Positions 1 to 8,570 of a stretch of 64,000 bases of DNA are shown here, piece after piece. The notes beneath the pieces are model-generated. The model searched no databases. It saw only the letters and a program-made list of their open reading frames with translations, and was not told the DNA's origin. This DNA comes from a virus. The DNA is taken from the IMG/VR virus record IMGVR_UViG_3300046791_000470, positions 17,625-81,624 of that record. One strand, 5' to 3'. A program made the translations under genes and the position numbers. Numbering within the stretch: position 1 is the stretch's first letter; each line of letters begins with the position of its first letter.

Positions 1-5
1 ACGAG

Positions 6-869
6 ATGTACCGCTACGCGCGGATGCTGGCCGGCGCGAGCTTGCTGCCTCGCGCGTACTACGACCGCGACGACAAGGAGCGCAAGCACCCCAGGATCGC
101 GGATGTCCACTTCGTGCTCCTCAAGGGACAGGCGCTCGCGCTGCACCCGACGGTCTCGATCTCGACCATCAACATCATCGACGGGAAGGCGGAGATCGGC
201 GCGAGCTTGATGGTGGCGCTCTGCCTCAAGTCGGGGCTCTGCGAATACTTCGATCTCGTCCACTCCGACGAGCGCTCGGCCACGTTCGCGACGAAGCGCC
301 GCGGCGGCCGGCGCGAGATCTCGTTCACGTACACCATCGAGGAGGCCGACCAGATGGGGCTCCTCGACAAGGGGAAGTCCGAGTGGGCGCAGGCCAACAA
401 CCAGTGGAAGAAACAGCCGCGCACGATGCTGCGCCGCCGCGCGCAGTCGATGCTGGCGCGCGAGGTGTTCCCGGACGTGGTGATGGGGCTCTACGACCAC
501 GGCGAGATCAGCGAGATGCGCGAGCGCGAGCTGGCGCTCGGCATCGACCCGGACCGCGTGATCCCGGTGGATCCCGTCGTCGAGTACGAGGGGGCGCCGT
601 CGCTGCCGGCGTTGCCGCCGCCGGGCGAGCGGATCAACCTGCGCCCGGAGCCCCAGCCGGCCGACCTGCGCGAGCCGGTGCCGGCGAAGCGCGCCGACCC
701 GCTCAAGCAGCGGTTGGGCTCGCGCGCCCGCGAGCGTGAGGCGGCGCAGCAGCCGCTCATCGACGACAGCGGCGGGCCGGTGCTGCAGCCGGGCGAGGTG
801 TTCTGCGCGTGCGGCGTGCCGATTCTCGGCAAGCGCGGCGACCAGTGCCAGGCGTGCAAGGGCTCCTGA
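6..869 (+). CDS. RecT/Redbeta-like ssDNA annealing protein, probably 5'-truncated by the window edge
   Basis: Contains W-K-K-Q-P-R-T-M-L-R-R-R-A...R-E-V-F-P-D-V-V-M-G-L-Y...E, the RecT-family C-terminal signature. Lies directly upstream of a helicase. Confidence 0.7.
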   Translation: MYRYARMLAGASLLPRAYYDRDDKERKHPRIADVHFVLLKGQALALHPTVSISTINIIDGKAEIGASLMVALCLKSGLCEYFDLVHSDERSATFATKRRGGRREISFTYTIEEADQMGLLDKGKSEWAQANNQWKKQPRTMLRRRAQSMLAREVFPDVVMGLYDHGEISEMRERELALGIDPDRVIPVDPVVEYEGAPSLPALPPPGERINLRPEPQPADLREPVPAKRADPLKQRLGSRAREREAAQQPLIDDSGGPVLQPGEVFCACGVPILGKRGDQCQACKGS

Positions 870-872
870 ACC

Positions 873-2366
873 ATGACGCAGGCTGATCTCTTCGCGCCGC
901 CCGCGCCGGTGCAGATCGACACGCCGCAGCAGGTGGCGGTGCTCGATCACTTCCGCGATGGCACCGGCGATCTATGCGGGACCGCGCGCGCGGGCGCGGG
1001 CAAGACGAGCACGATCATCAAGGGGATCGCGGTTCGCCCACGCCGATCGCGCGCGATGCTGTGCGCCTTCTCGAAGCTGATCGCCGACGAGCTGGCCGCG
1101 CGCATCAAGAGCAACGGCGATCCGTGGGCGGAGGCGCGCACGCTTCACGCCGTGGGGAACCGGGCGATCACGCGCGCGCTCGGGCGTCAGGTGCCGAACA
1201 GCCGGCGTGAACTCGAGCTCGCGGTGCGGTTCTGCGGCGAGGAGAGCGAGGCCGTCGAGGAGATCGCGAAGCTGGCCGCGCTCGCGAAGGAGAGCGCCCC
1301 GGAGGCGGCCGACGACATCGATCGGCTGGAGGAGATCGCGCTGGACTTCGGGCTCGCCGGGGACGAGGAGGACGACAAGGGGTGGTCCATCACCGCCCGC
1401 GCCGGCGCCGCGGCCGAGGTCGTGCGCGCGTCGCTGCAGCCGACCGGCGCGATCAGCTTCTCGGACATGCTCTATCTACCGCTCGCGCTGGACCTGCAGC
1501 CGGACCAGTACGATCTGGTCGTCGTCGACGAAGCGCAGGACCTCTCGGAGTCGCAGCTCCGGCTCGCGGCGCGGATGCGCGCGCCGGGCGGGCGGATCGT
1601 CGTGGTCGGCGATCCGCGACAGGCAATCTTCTCGTGGCGCGGCGCGGCGCCGGGCGCGCTCGAACGGACCGCACAGCAGCTCCGGGCGAAGCGGTTGGCG
1701 CTCACGGTGAGCTTCCGGTGTGGCCGCGCGATCATCGCCGAGGCGCGCCAGATCGTGCCGGACATCGAGGCGGCGCCGGGCGCGGCGCAGGGCCGGGTCT
1801 GGAGGTGCGGCGAGACGCAGCTCCCCACGCTCGCGCAGCCCGGGGACTTCATCCTCTCGCGAACGAACGCGCCGCTCGCGCGCACGTGCCTCGCGATCCT
1901 GCGCCAGGGGAAGCGCGCACGGATCGCCGGACGCGACCTGGCCGGCGGGCTCATCAAGCTGATCTCGAACCTCGGCCGCGGCGGCGCCACGCTGGACGTG
2001 TTCCGCGTGCGGCTCGAGGGGTGGCGCGAGCGCGAGGTAGCGCGGGCGGTGGCGGCGAAGCGCCAGGCGCGCGCGGACCTGGTGGCCGACCAGGCCGACA
2101 TGATCGCGGAGATCGCGCGCGACGCGCAGACTGTGGACGGGCTGATCGCGTTCATCCGGCGCCTGTTCGACGACACCGATACGGCGCCGCGCGTGACGTG
2201 CTCGACGATCCACCGGGCCAAGGGGCTCGAGGCGGATCGGGTGTTCGTGCTGCAGGAGACGCTCGACGCCATGCGGCCCTCGACGCCGCTCGAGGAAGTC
2301 GAGGAAGCCAACCTAAAGTACGTCGCGATCACCCGCGCGCGGCGTGAGCTGATCTGGACCACGTAG
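873..2366 (+). CDS. UvrD/Rep-like superfamily 1 helicase
   Basis: ARAGAGKTS (Walker A), VVVDEAQD, VGDPRQAIFSWRGA, SFRC, STIHRAKGLE, NLKYVAITRAR. Confidence 0.93.
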   Translation: MTQADLFAPPAPVQIDTPQQVAVLDHFRDGTGDLCGTARAGAGKTSTIIKGIAVRPRRSRAMLCAFSKLIADELAARIKSNGDPWAEARTLHAVGNRAITRALGRQVPNSRRELELAVRFCGEESEAVEEIAKLAALAKESAPEAADDIDRLEEIALDFGLAGDEEDDKGWSITARAGAAAEVVRASLQPTGAISFSDMLYLPLALDLQPDQYDLVVVDEAQDLSESQLRLAARMRAPGGRIVVVGDPRQAIFSWRGAAPGALERTAQQLRAKRLALTVSFRCGRAIIAEARQIVPDIEAAPGAAQGRVWRCGETQLPTLAQPGDFILSRTNAPLARTCLAILRQGKRARIAGRDLAGGLIKLISNLGRGGATLDVFRVRLEGWREREVARAVAAKRQARADLVADQADMIAEIARDAQTVDGLIAFIRRLFDDTDTAPRVTCSTIHRAKGLEADRVFVLQETLDAMRPSTPLEEVEEANLKYVAITRARRELIWTT

Positions 2367-2385
2367 TCGGGGGAGGAGAGAACCA

Positions 2386-3900
2386 ATGACAATCAGCGTG
2401 CTACAGGCCAACGCGAAGCTGGAGAGTCTCCACGTCGCCGCGTACCACCACCGCGAGCTCTGGGGGAACATCCAGGCGCTGGCCGACTCGATCCGCGCCC
2501 ACGGGATCCTCGTCCCGTTGCTCGTGCGCGAGCGCCCGCGATCGCTAGGGGGCTACGAGATCATCCACGGCGCGCGGCGCCGGCGGGCCGCCGAGATCGC
2601 CGAGGTCAAGCTCGTGCCGATCCGGATCATCGACGTGGACGACGCGACCGCGATCGCGATGCAGCTCGACGAGAACCTCCAGCGAGAGAACCTCCACCCC
2701 ATCGACGAGGCGGGGTACTTCAAGGAGCTCTCCGATCGCGGGCAGGACATCGCGACGATCGCGAAGCGGTTCGGCAAGAAGCGGACGGAGGTGGTGCGGC
2801 GGCTGGCGCTCCTCGGCCTCTCGGACCGGGCGCGCGCGGCGTTCGTGAAGGGCACGATCGACGAGCCGGCGGCGCTGGCGATCGCGACCCTCGACGTGCA
2901 GGCGCGGCAGCACGACATCCTCTCGGCGATCGCGGCGGGCTCGCTGCAGGTGGAGGAGGTGCCGAGCTACGTCGCGCGCGAGCTGCAGGCGTCGCTCGAG
3001 GATGTGCCGTGGCGCGTGTCGGACGCCGAGCTCGACGCGAAGGCGGGCGCGTGCACGGCCTGCCCGAAGCGGACGAGCGTGCAGCGGGACCTGTTCGCCG
3101 AGGGGCGCGGGGACCGCTGCCGTGACCTCGGGTGCTTCCGGAAGAAGATGGACGCGACGTTCGCGATCGCGGCGTCGAAATCCGGGGTGACGGTGCTCGA
3201 GGAGGACGCCCCGGCCGTGTTCATGCCCACGTCGGGCGGCCGGCCGTCGGTGATGCGCTCCTCGGGGATGGTGGACGCCGAGTCGCCCTGCCCGCACCTC
3301 GTCGGCAGCACGTGGCGGACGGCGGTGGAGGAGGCGTCGGACCCCGAGAGCCCGCCGACGCTGTACCTCGCGCGGGACCAGGACCGGCGCCCGCGCTACC
3401 TATTCCGCGAGCCGCTGGTGACGCGCCTCGTGAAGCGGTCCGAGGCCGCCGTGGCGCAGGCCAAGGTGCGCGAGGAGGCCGATCCGGCGAAGCCGGACGT
3501 GTCCGCGCGCGCCGAGGCCCGGGTCCGGAAGGCCGTGATCGCGCAGCTCGCCGAGGCGGTGGCGGCCGGGGACCACGACACCTGGCCGTGGATCGCCGGC
3601 CGGCTGCTCGAGAGCGCCTCGGCTCGCTCCATCGCGCAGACGGCGGACCAGTTCGAGGAGGTGTCCAAGGAGGAGGCCCCAGGGCTCGAGGGCAAGGCGG
3701 CGCTCCTCATGCTGATCTCGAGGTCCACCCGGTGGGCCAAGCGCGTGGCGGTGTCGGTGCAGATCCGCGAGGAGGCCGACTTCGTGGGCGAGGTCCCCGC
3801 GACCCTGCGCCAGCTCGCCGAGCTCTGCGGGGTGGACGTGGGCGCGATCGAGCGCCAGGTGCGCGGCGGTGACGCGCCGGCGGCGGGCGAGGCGGCGTGA
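2386..3900 (+). CDS. parB: ParB/RepB/Spo0J-family protein with Cys-rich middle region and long C-terminal extension
   Basis: N-terminal LADSIRAHGILVPLLVR...YEIIHGARRRRAA...ENLQRENLHPIDEAGYF followed by an HTH. Later CxxC...CxxxxC motif. Confidence 0.85.
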   Translation: MTISVLQANAKLESLHVAAYHHRELWGNIQALADSIRAHGILVPLLVRERPRSLGGYEIIHGARRRRAAEIAEVKLVPIRIIDVDDATAIAMQLDENLQRENLHPIDEAGYFKELSDRGQDIATIAKRFGKKRTEVVRRLALLGLSDRARAAFVKGTIDEPAALAIATLDVQARQHDILSAIAAGSLQVEEVPSYVARELQASLEDVPWRVSDAELDAKAGACTACPKRTSVQRDLFAEGRGDRCRDLGCFRKKMDATFAIAASKSGVTVLEEDAPAVFMPTSGGRPSVMRSSGMVDAESPCPHLVGSTWRTAVEEASDPESPPTLYLARDQDRRPRYLFREPLVTRLVKRSEAAVAQAKVREEADPAKPDVSARAEARVRKAVIAQLAEAVAAGDHDTWPWIAGRLLESASARSIAQTADQFEEVSKEEAPGLEGKAALLMLISRSTRWAKRVAVSVQIREEADFVGEVPATLRQLAELCGVDVGAIERQVRGGDAPAAGEAA

Positions 3901-4085
3901 CGCTCCTCGGGCCAGCGGAGAGCGCTATCTACGGCTCGGCGGTGGTGGCGGTCTACGTCGAGCTGCTCGCGGAGCCGACCGACCGGGCACAGGCCGAGAA
4001 CGAGCAGTCGTGCATGCTCGAGGCGATCAAGGAGGCCGAGGAGATCGTGAAGCTCCACCGCCGTCTCGTGGGGCCATCGACGTGA
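3897..4085 (+). CDS. Small hypothetical protein
   Basis: GTGA-coupled to parB and to the next gene; coding-like composition. Confidence 0.55.
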   Translation: MTLLGPAESAIYGSAVVAVYVELLAEPTDRAQAENEQSCMLEAIKEAEEIVKLHRRLVGPST

Positions 4086-4501
4086 AGCGGGGCGCACCGC
4101 TCGCGCGGCGGACGCAGATGGCGCGCACGCCGATGCGCCGCAGCCGCGGCGACGATCGGAACAGCTACGCGCGGCGCGATCGCGACTTCCCGTACATGGG
4201 CTTCATCAAGACGCAGCGCTGCGTGGTCGCCGAGCTGGACCCCACGCACGTATGCGATGGGCCGAGCGAGGCCGACCACATCGGGGGCATCGGGGAGCGG
4301 GGCAAGGGGATGAAGTGTCCCGACGACGAGACCATCCCGCTCTGCCCGAGCGCGCACCGCGATCGCGGCGGCCGGGCGGGGTACTTCGAGGGATGGTCAA
4401 CCGTCGACATGCGGGCGTGGGCGGACACGCAGATCGCCCGGTACCAGCTCCGCTATCGCGAGCTCGGCGCCGGCGCGGACCAGCTCGCGATCCTGTTCTG
4501 A
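4082..4501 (+). CDS. DUF968-like / HNH-like zinc-binding putative nuclease
   Basis: GTG start at 4082 overlaps the upstream stop. YMGFIKTQRCVV...EADHI...GKGMKCPDDETIPLCPSAH matches phage DUF968/Ref-like proteins. Confidence 0.6.
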   Translation: MKRGAPLARRTQMARTPMRRSRGDDRNSYARRDRDFPYMGFIKTQRCVVAELDPTHVCDGPSEADHIGGIGERGKGMKCPDDETIPLCPSAHRDRGGRAGYFEGWSTVDMRAWADTQIARYQLRYRELGAGADQLAILF

Positions 4502-4502
4502 G

Positions 4503-5435
4503 CTACGCGGGCGATGCCGGGACCGTGACGGGTCCGCTGCCGCTGCCGCTGTCGCTCGGCGTGGAGCTCGGCGGCGGCGCGCTCGGCGTGAAGGTGTGCG
4601 ATCCGCCGTAGCGCATGCGCGAGCGGAGAACGCTGGCCACGAGCTTCCCGATCGCCTCCTCGACGTTCGATGCGTCGGTCGAGATCCCGAACACGGCATC
4701 GTCGCCGACGTTGTGCGCGTCCTCGCCCTTGCCGGGGTGGCCGATGCCCTTGGGGATGTCGATCTGCACGCCGTAGCTCTCGCGCGAGACCGGGTACCAG
4801 GGGAAGCGGGGGCGGACCCACCTCGAGAGCGTGCGCTTGGCGATGGCGTCGTGGACGCCCTCGGGCATCGGGATCGAGACTGGCCGCGTCTCCAGCACCT
4901 GATGGGAGTAGGCGATCTTCCCGAACACGATGTCCGCCACGTCGTCGAGGCCGACGCGCCCGCGCATCCACCACGGGTCCTTGGAGCGCCACTCCATCTC
5001 GTCCTCCCAGAAGGCGAACCACGCGGCGCCGTTGTGGAACCGGAGGCCGATGCGGCGCTCGTGCGGGTACTTCCGCCCGGGGCGGTGGGCGTTCATGGGC
5101 AGCAGCTCGAACAGCCGCGCCGGCAGCGCGGTGAGCGAGATCCAGTAGTGCGCGCCCAGAAGTCCGAACGCGACCGTGACCTCGCGGTCCTCCGGATCGA
5201 ACGCGATCTCGGCGCCCCAGCCGACGCGCTTGCCGTGCACCCACTCGACGCGGATGGCGCCCGGCTTGTAGTCCTCGCCATCGGCGGTCAGACGCCGGAG
5301 CCAGGCTCTGCCGTTGGCGAGCATCGAGCCGTAGCGCTCGGCGCCCGCGGCGCCGGGCTTCTCGTTGAGGTTCTGCGTGGAGAGGCTCACGCCGTGATCG
5401 AGGAGCCAGGAGCGGGCGCGTTGTAAGATCGACAT
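4503..5435 (-). CDS. Hypothetical phage protein (Trp-rich)
   Basis: 310-aa ORF with strong codon bias. The ATG at 5435 sits 7 nt after a -10 box. Confidence 0.7.
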   Translation of the reverse strand: MSILQRARSWLLDHGVSLSTQNLNEKPGAAGAERYGSMLANGRAWLRRLTADGEDYKPGAIRVEWVHGKRVGWGAEIAFDPEDREVTVAFGLLGAHYWISLTALPARLFELLPMNAHRPGRKYPHERRIGLRFHNGAAWFAFWEDEMEWRSKDPWWMRGRVGLDDVADIVFGKIAYSHQVLETRPVSIPMPEGVHDAIAKRTLSRWVRPRFPWYPVSRESYGVQIDIPKGIGHPGKGEDAHNVGDDAVFGISTDASNVEEAIGKLVASVLRSRMRYGGSHTFTPSAPPPSSTPSDSGSGSGPVTVPASPA

Positions 5436-5476
5436 GGGCGCCATGATGTATGGCGCCGCCCGTCAATTCAACGCGG
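5436..5476 (-). promoter_or_regulatory. sigma70-type promoter TTGAAT-17-CATCAT-7-ATG (leaderless geometry)
   Basis: -35 at 5471..5466 and -10 at 5448..5443. Shares CCGCGTTGAAT with the promoter at 6059-6069. Confidence 0.6.
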
Positions 5477-6029
5477 AGCTCGGCGGCTCACCTGAGGAGC
5501 CAGGGCGGACGAGCGAGACGGTGGCGACACCGGCCTTGTCGCCCGCGATGCCGCTGCCGGTGACGAGAATCGACATCGCGCAGGTGGCGGTGACCACGCT
5601 GTCCGGGATGGCCAGCTCGAGCACGACGGGGCCGGGGAAGAACGAGGGCGCCGTCACGGGCAGGGTCAGATCGACGTGCCGGGCGTGGCTCGACGAGGCC
5701 AGGCACTGCAGCTTCGCCGAGGCGTTCGCCGCGATGTTGCTGCGCTGGAGGTAGACCCGGAAGCTCTGGATGAAGTCGCCCACGCGGAGCTGCAGCGGGT
5801 AGCGCAGCGGGCGCGAACTCGTGCCGAGCACCCAGTGGTCGCCGTCGAAGGATGGCGCGAGCGGATCGCCGGTCGGCACGGCGGCCTGCGCGGGGTGCAG
5901 GATCTCCGTGAAGTAGGTATCCGGCGTGGGCTCCGCGACGATGGCGCCGGCGAGGGCGGCCTCAGAGTCATCGCAGGCCGGGCAGATGCTGAGCGCGAGG
6001 AGGAGCGGGATCAGGAGTCGGTTCGACAT
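5463..6029 (-). CDS. Lipoprotein of a dispersed phage lipoprotein family (fibre-like beta domain)
   Basis: Signal MSNRLLIPLLLALSICPAC; motif PSFDGDHW...LRYPLQLRVGD shared with 10555-11158 and 42243-42764. Confidence 0.8.
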   Translation of the reverse strand: MSNRLLIPLLLALSICPACDDSEAALAGAIVAEPTPDTYFTEILHPAQAAVPTGDPLAPSFDGDHWVLGTSSRPLRYPLQLRVGDFIQSFRVYLQRSNIAANASAKLQCLASSSHARHVDLTLPVTAPSFFPGPVVLELAIPDSVVTATCAMSILVTGSGIAGDKAGVATVSLVRPGSSGEPPSSALN

Positions 6030-6069
6030 GTCGCGAACCTATCCCGGGGTGCCCGCCTATTCAACGCGG
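6030..6069 (-). promoter_or_regulatory. sigma70-type promoter TTGAAT-17-TAGGTT-6-ATG
   Basis: -35 at 6064..6059, -10 at 6041..6036, ATG at 6029. Confidence 0.65.
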
Positions 6070-6104
6070 CGAGACGTTCGCCGGCTTCACATCGCGGTGG
6101 CCGA

Positions 6105-6554
6105 TCAGGGGTCGCCGCGACCGGCCGCGAAGTAGGACGTGGGGACCTTGTCGAGCCGGAGCCGCGGGCGCGCGTCGGCGTCTCCGAAGATCGGCAGTCC
6201 GTCCACGTCGGACATCAGGCCGAGCTGGAACTGGAAGTCGATCCGCGAGTGGTGCTTGGGCTGCCAGCGCGCGCCCCACCGTCGCGTGAGCCGGCGCGAC
6301 TGCTTGAGCTCCTCGCGGTGCAGCGCGAACTGCGCCGGTGACCATTCCGCGCCCACACGGCCAGCGTCCTCGCCGAACATCGCCTCCGCGTCCTCGCGAG
6401 TCAGCATGCAGCGGATGTCGATGTCGCCGGGCTCCGCGCTCGTGAGCATGGAGCCGACGAGGTAGAGCGGCCCGCCGAACATCATCGCGAGGCCGTTGGC
6501 CTGGCCCTGGAAGATGCTCGCGAAGCTCTCGGCGCTCTGGAGATGGTCGGTCAC
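6105..6554 (-). CDS. Minimal nucleotidyltransferase-fold protein (pol-beta superfamily)
   Basis: GTG start is coupled to the upstream stop. LYLVGSMLTSAEPGDIDIRCML fits the hG[S]...DxD catalytic motif. Confidence 0.6.
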   Translation of the reverse strand: MTDHLQSAESFASIFQGQANGLAMMFGGPLYLVGSMLTSAEPGDIDIRCMLTREDAEAMFGEDAGRVGAEWSPAQFALHREELKQSRRLTRRWGARWQPKHHSRIDFQFQLGLMSDVDGLPIFGDADARPRLRLDKVPTSYFAAGRGDP

Positions 6555-7663
6555 GGGCCAGCGGCCCGGTACTCGGCGCCGTCCGCGACTTCGGCGCGGA
6601 ACCTCTCGAAGGTCGCGCGCGCCCCGGCCTTGTCGGTGGGGCTGCCGTCGACGCCCATCTCCGGTCGCGCGAGGTAGTCGCTCATCAACCGCTGGAGGGC
6701 GCATCCGCCGACGGCCATGCCCGCGGCCTTGGCGCGATCGTAGACGGCCTCCCACGCCGGCGTGGCGCCCTCGGCGAGGGGGCGCAGATCGGCGGCGAGG
6801 TCCGCGATCGCCTCCTGGCTCGCGGCGGCGCAGTCGATGGTCGCCTTCCCTGCGCCGGCCTTGGGCCACGGGCCACAGCCGGCGGCGGACGACACGATCA
6901 CGGCGGACGCGAGCACGGAGACCGCCGTGATCAGCAGCATCGTGGCGATGTGCGCGCCTCGAGCTCGTGCGGCGAGGAGGACATCGCGCGCGGCCTCGTG
7001 CTGGCCGCTGGCCGCGAACCCGGTAGCGAGCGCGTCGGCCACGATGTCGAACGAGATCGACATGTCCGCGCCGAGCGCGCCGCCGAGGTAGAGCAGGGCG
7101 CTGGATCCGAAGCCCGCGACGTAGCCGCCGAGCTGCGTGCGGAACCAGGGGACGCGGCGGAACCCGTGGCGGCGGAGGAGCCACACCAGGAGGACGACGG
7201 CGGCGCCGATGGCCAGGCGGCCCTTGCCGCTCCGCGCGAAGGTCACGAGATCGGCGAGCGTGCCGGCCGGATCGTCGATGCTGGGCAGCGGCAGCGCGGG
7301 CGCAGGCTGGGCAGGCGCGGTGATGGCGTCGGGTTCGAGCGCCGACCCGGCGGCGGCCGGCGGCTCGCTCGCGGGCGGGGGGGCTGGACGGGCTACGCCT
7401 CCGGCTGGCTTGGCGGGCGGGGGAACCGCGAGCCCGGTCACGTCGCTCACCAGGAGGTCGTTATCGATCGGCTTGGCCGAGGCGACGGCGGGCGCGGCGG
7501 CCACGGCCGAGCCGGCGGCGAACGGCGCGGCGATCGCGTGGGCGCTGGCCTCGCCGGCGGTGTGGACGAGATCATCCGTGACGACGCCGAGGCCGAGGCC
7601 GAGGGCGATCACACCGACGAGCGAGGCTGCGGCTCGGAACTTGGCTCTCATTGTGGTCTCCAT
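6551..7663 (-). CDS. Multi-pass membrane protein (holin-like) with internal lipobox-like C-terminal domain
   Basis: N-terminal hydrophobic helix, Pro/Ala linker, several TM segments, then VLASAVIVSSAAGC. Located just downstream of the tail fibre genes. Confidence 0.5.
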   Translation of the reverse strand: METTMRAKFRAAASLVGVIALGLGLGVVTDDLVHTAGEASAHAIAAPFAAGSAVAAAPAVASAKPIDNDLLVSDVTGLAVPPPAKPAGGVARPAPPPASEPPAAAGSALEPDAITAPAQPAPALPLPSIDDPAGTLADLVTFARSGKGRLAIGAAVVLLVWLLRRHGFRRVPWFRTQLGGYVAGFGSSALLYLGGALGADMSISFDIVADALATGFAASGQHEAARDVLLAARARGAHIATMLLITAVSVLASAVIVSSAAGCGPWPKAGAGKATIDCAAASQEAIADLAADLRPLAEGATPAWEAVYDRAKAAGMAVGGCALQRLMSDYLARPEMGVDGSPTDKAGARATFERFRAEVADGAEYRAAGP

Positions 7664-8118
7664 GGTGGCGGCTTGTCGCCGAGGAGATTTTGGAGCTGGC
7701 GCCCGACGCGGCGCAACTCCTCCTCAGCGTCACGGATGATCTTCGCCTGCGCCTCGTTGCGGCGCTTCAGCTCGGCCACGTCATCGAGCAGCCGCGCTCG
7801 CTCGATCTTCTCGAGCGTCGAGGTCTCGACGCGATCGTAGAGCTGCGTGACCGCGATCTTGCCGAACGCGATCAGCGGGATCACGAGGGCGGCGATCGCC
7901 CACCGGATGTTCCGCAGCGCGCGGACGATGCCGACGAGCGGATCGGGGTCCTGGCCGAGCTGCTGCACGACCGGGCCGGTGGGCTGCCGGCGGACGTAGA
8001 CATCGGGGACGCCGTCCACCGGCGTGACGCGCACCATGCGCCGCCCGCTGGACTCCTTGGCGCGCCCGTCGTCCTCGGCGAGCTGCTGGAGGAGCTTCTC
8101 GCGATCGCGTGGCCGCAT
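7648..8118 (-). CDS. Single-TM coiled-coil protein (holin or i-spanin-like)
   Basis: MRPRDREK...WAIAALVIPLIAFGKIAV followed by a heptad-rich tail; lysis-cassette position. Confidence 0.5.
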   Translation of the reverse strand: MRPRDREKLLQQLAEDDGRAKESSGRRMVRVTPVDGVPDVYVRRQPTGPVVQQLGQDPDPLVGIVRALRNIRWAIAALVIPLIAFGKIAVTQLYDRVETSTLEKIERARLLDDVAELKRRNEAQAKIIRDAEEELRRVGRQLQNLLGDKPPPWRPQ

Positions 8119-8123
8119 CCGGG

Positions 8124-8534
8124 TCAGGCTCCTCCGAGCGATGATCGGGCGATCACGAGCTCGGACATGGGAACGAGGATCGATCGCGCGTCGCCGCGGA
8201 TCGCGAACAGGTCGTGGCAGGCGCGGCCGACGGGGAGCAGCCGGGTCTCGGCGGTGGTGAGCGTGAGCACGTAGCGGCCGGAGCCGGTCGCGCCGGCGGT
8301 GGCCTGCTTGGCGAGGAGCTTCCGGCTCGCCGGCGTGGCGAGCGACTTGGCCATCCACGCGAGGTACTCGCCAGCGCCGAGGACGACGGGCGCGCCGGCG
8401 GTGGTGACCAGCTCGACGCGGACGATCACGGTGTCGCCGGTGACGATGCGCAGCGGGCGGCGCTGGTCCTCCGGGATGCCCGGAGCGTAGGGCCGCTCGC
8501 CGTCGTCGTAGACGCATCGCCAGTCGACGTACAT
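8124..8534 (-). CDS. BppU-like Ig-fold baseplate/tail accessory protein
   Basis: IVTGDTVIVRVEL...GRYVLTLTTAETRLLPVGRACHDL pattern typical of BppU N-terminal-like domains. Confidence 0.5.
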   Translation of the reverse strand: MYVDWRCVYDDGERPYAPGIPEDQRRPLRIVTGDTVIVRVELVTTAGAPVVLGAGEYLAWMAKSLATPASRKLLAKQATAGATGSGRYVLTLTTAETRLLPVGRACHDLFAIRGDARSILVPMSELVIARSSLGGA

Positions 8535-8570
8535 TCCGATAGCGATGGTGGCGCCGGCGCGCCGTGGGCG

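Noticed and set aside
5466-6069. 11-bp direct repeat ATTCAACGCGG flanking the lipoprotein gene as a cassette or insertion scar
   Set aside because: Each copy is the -35 box plus upstream bases of a correctly spaced promoter, so duplicated promoters explain it.
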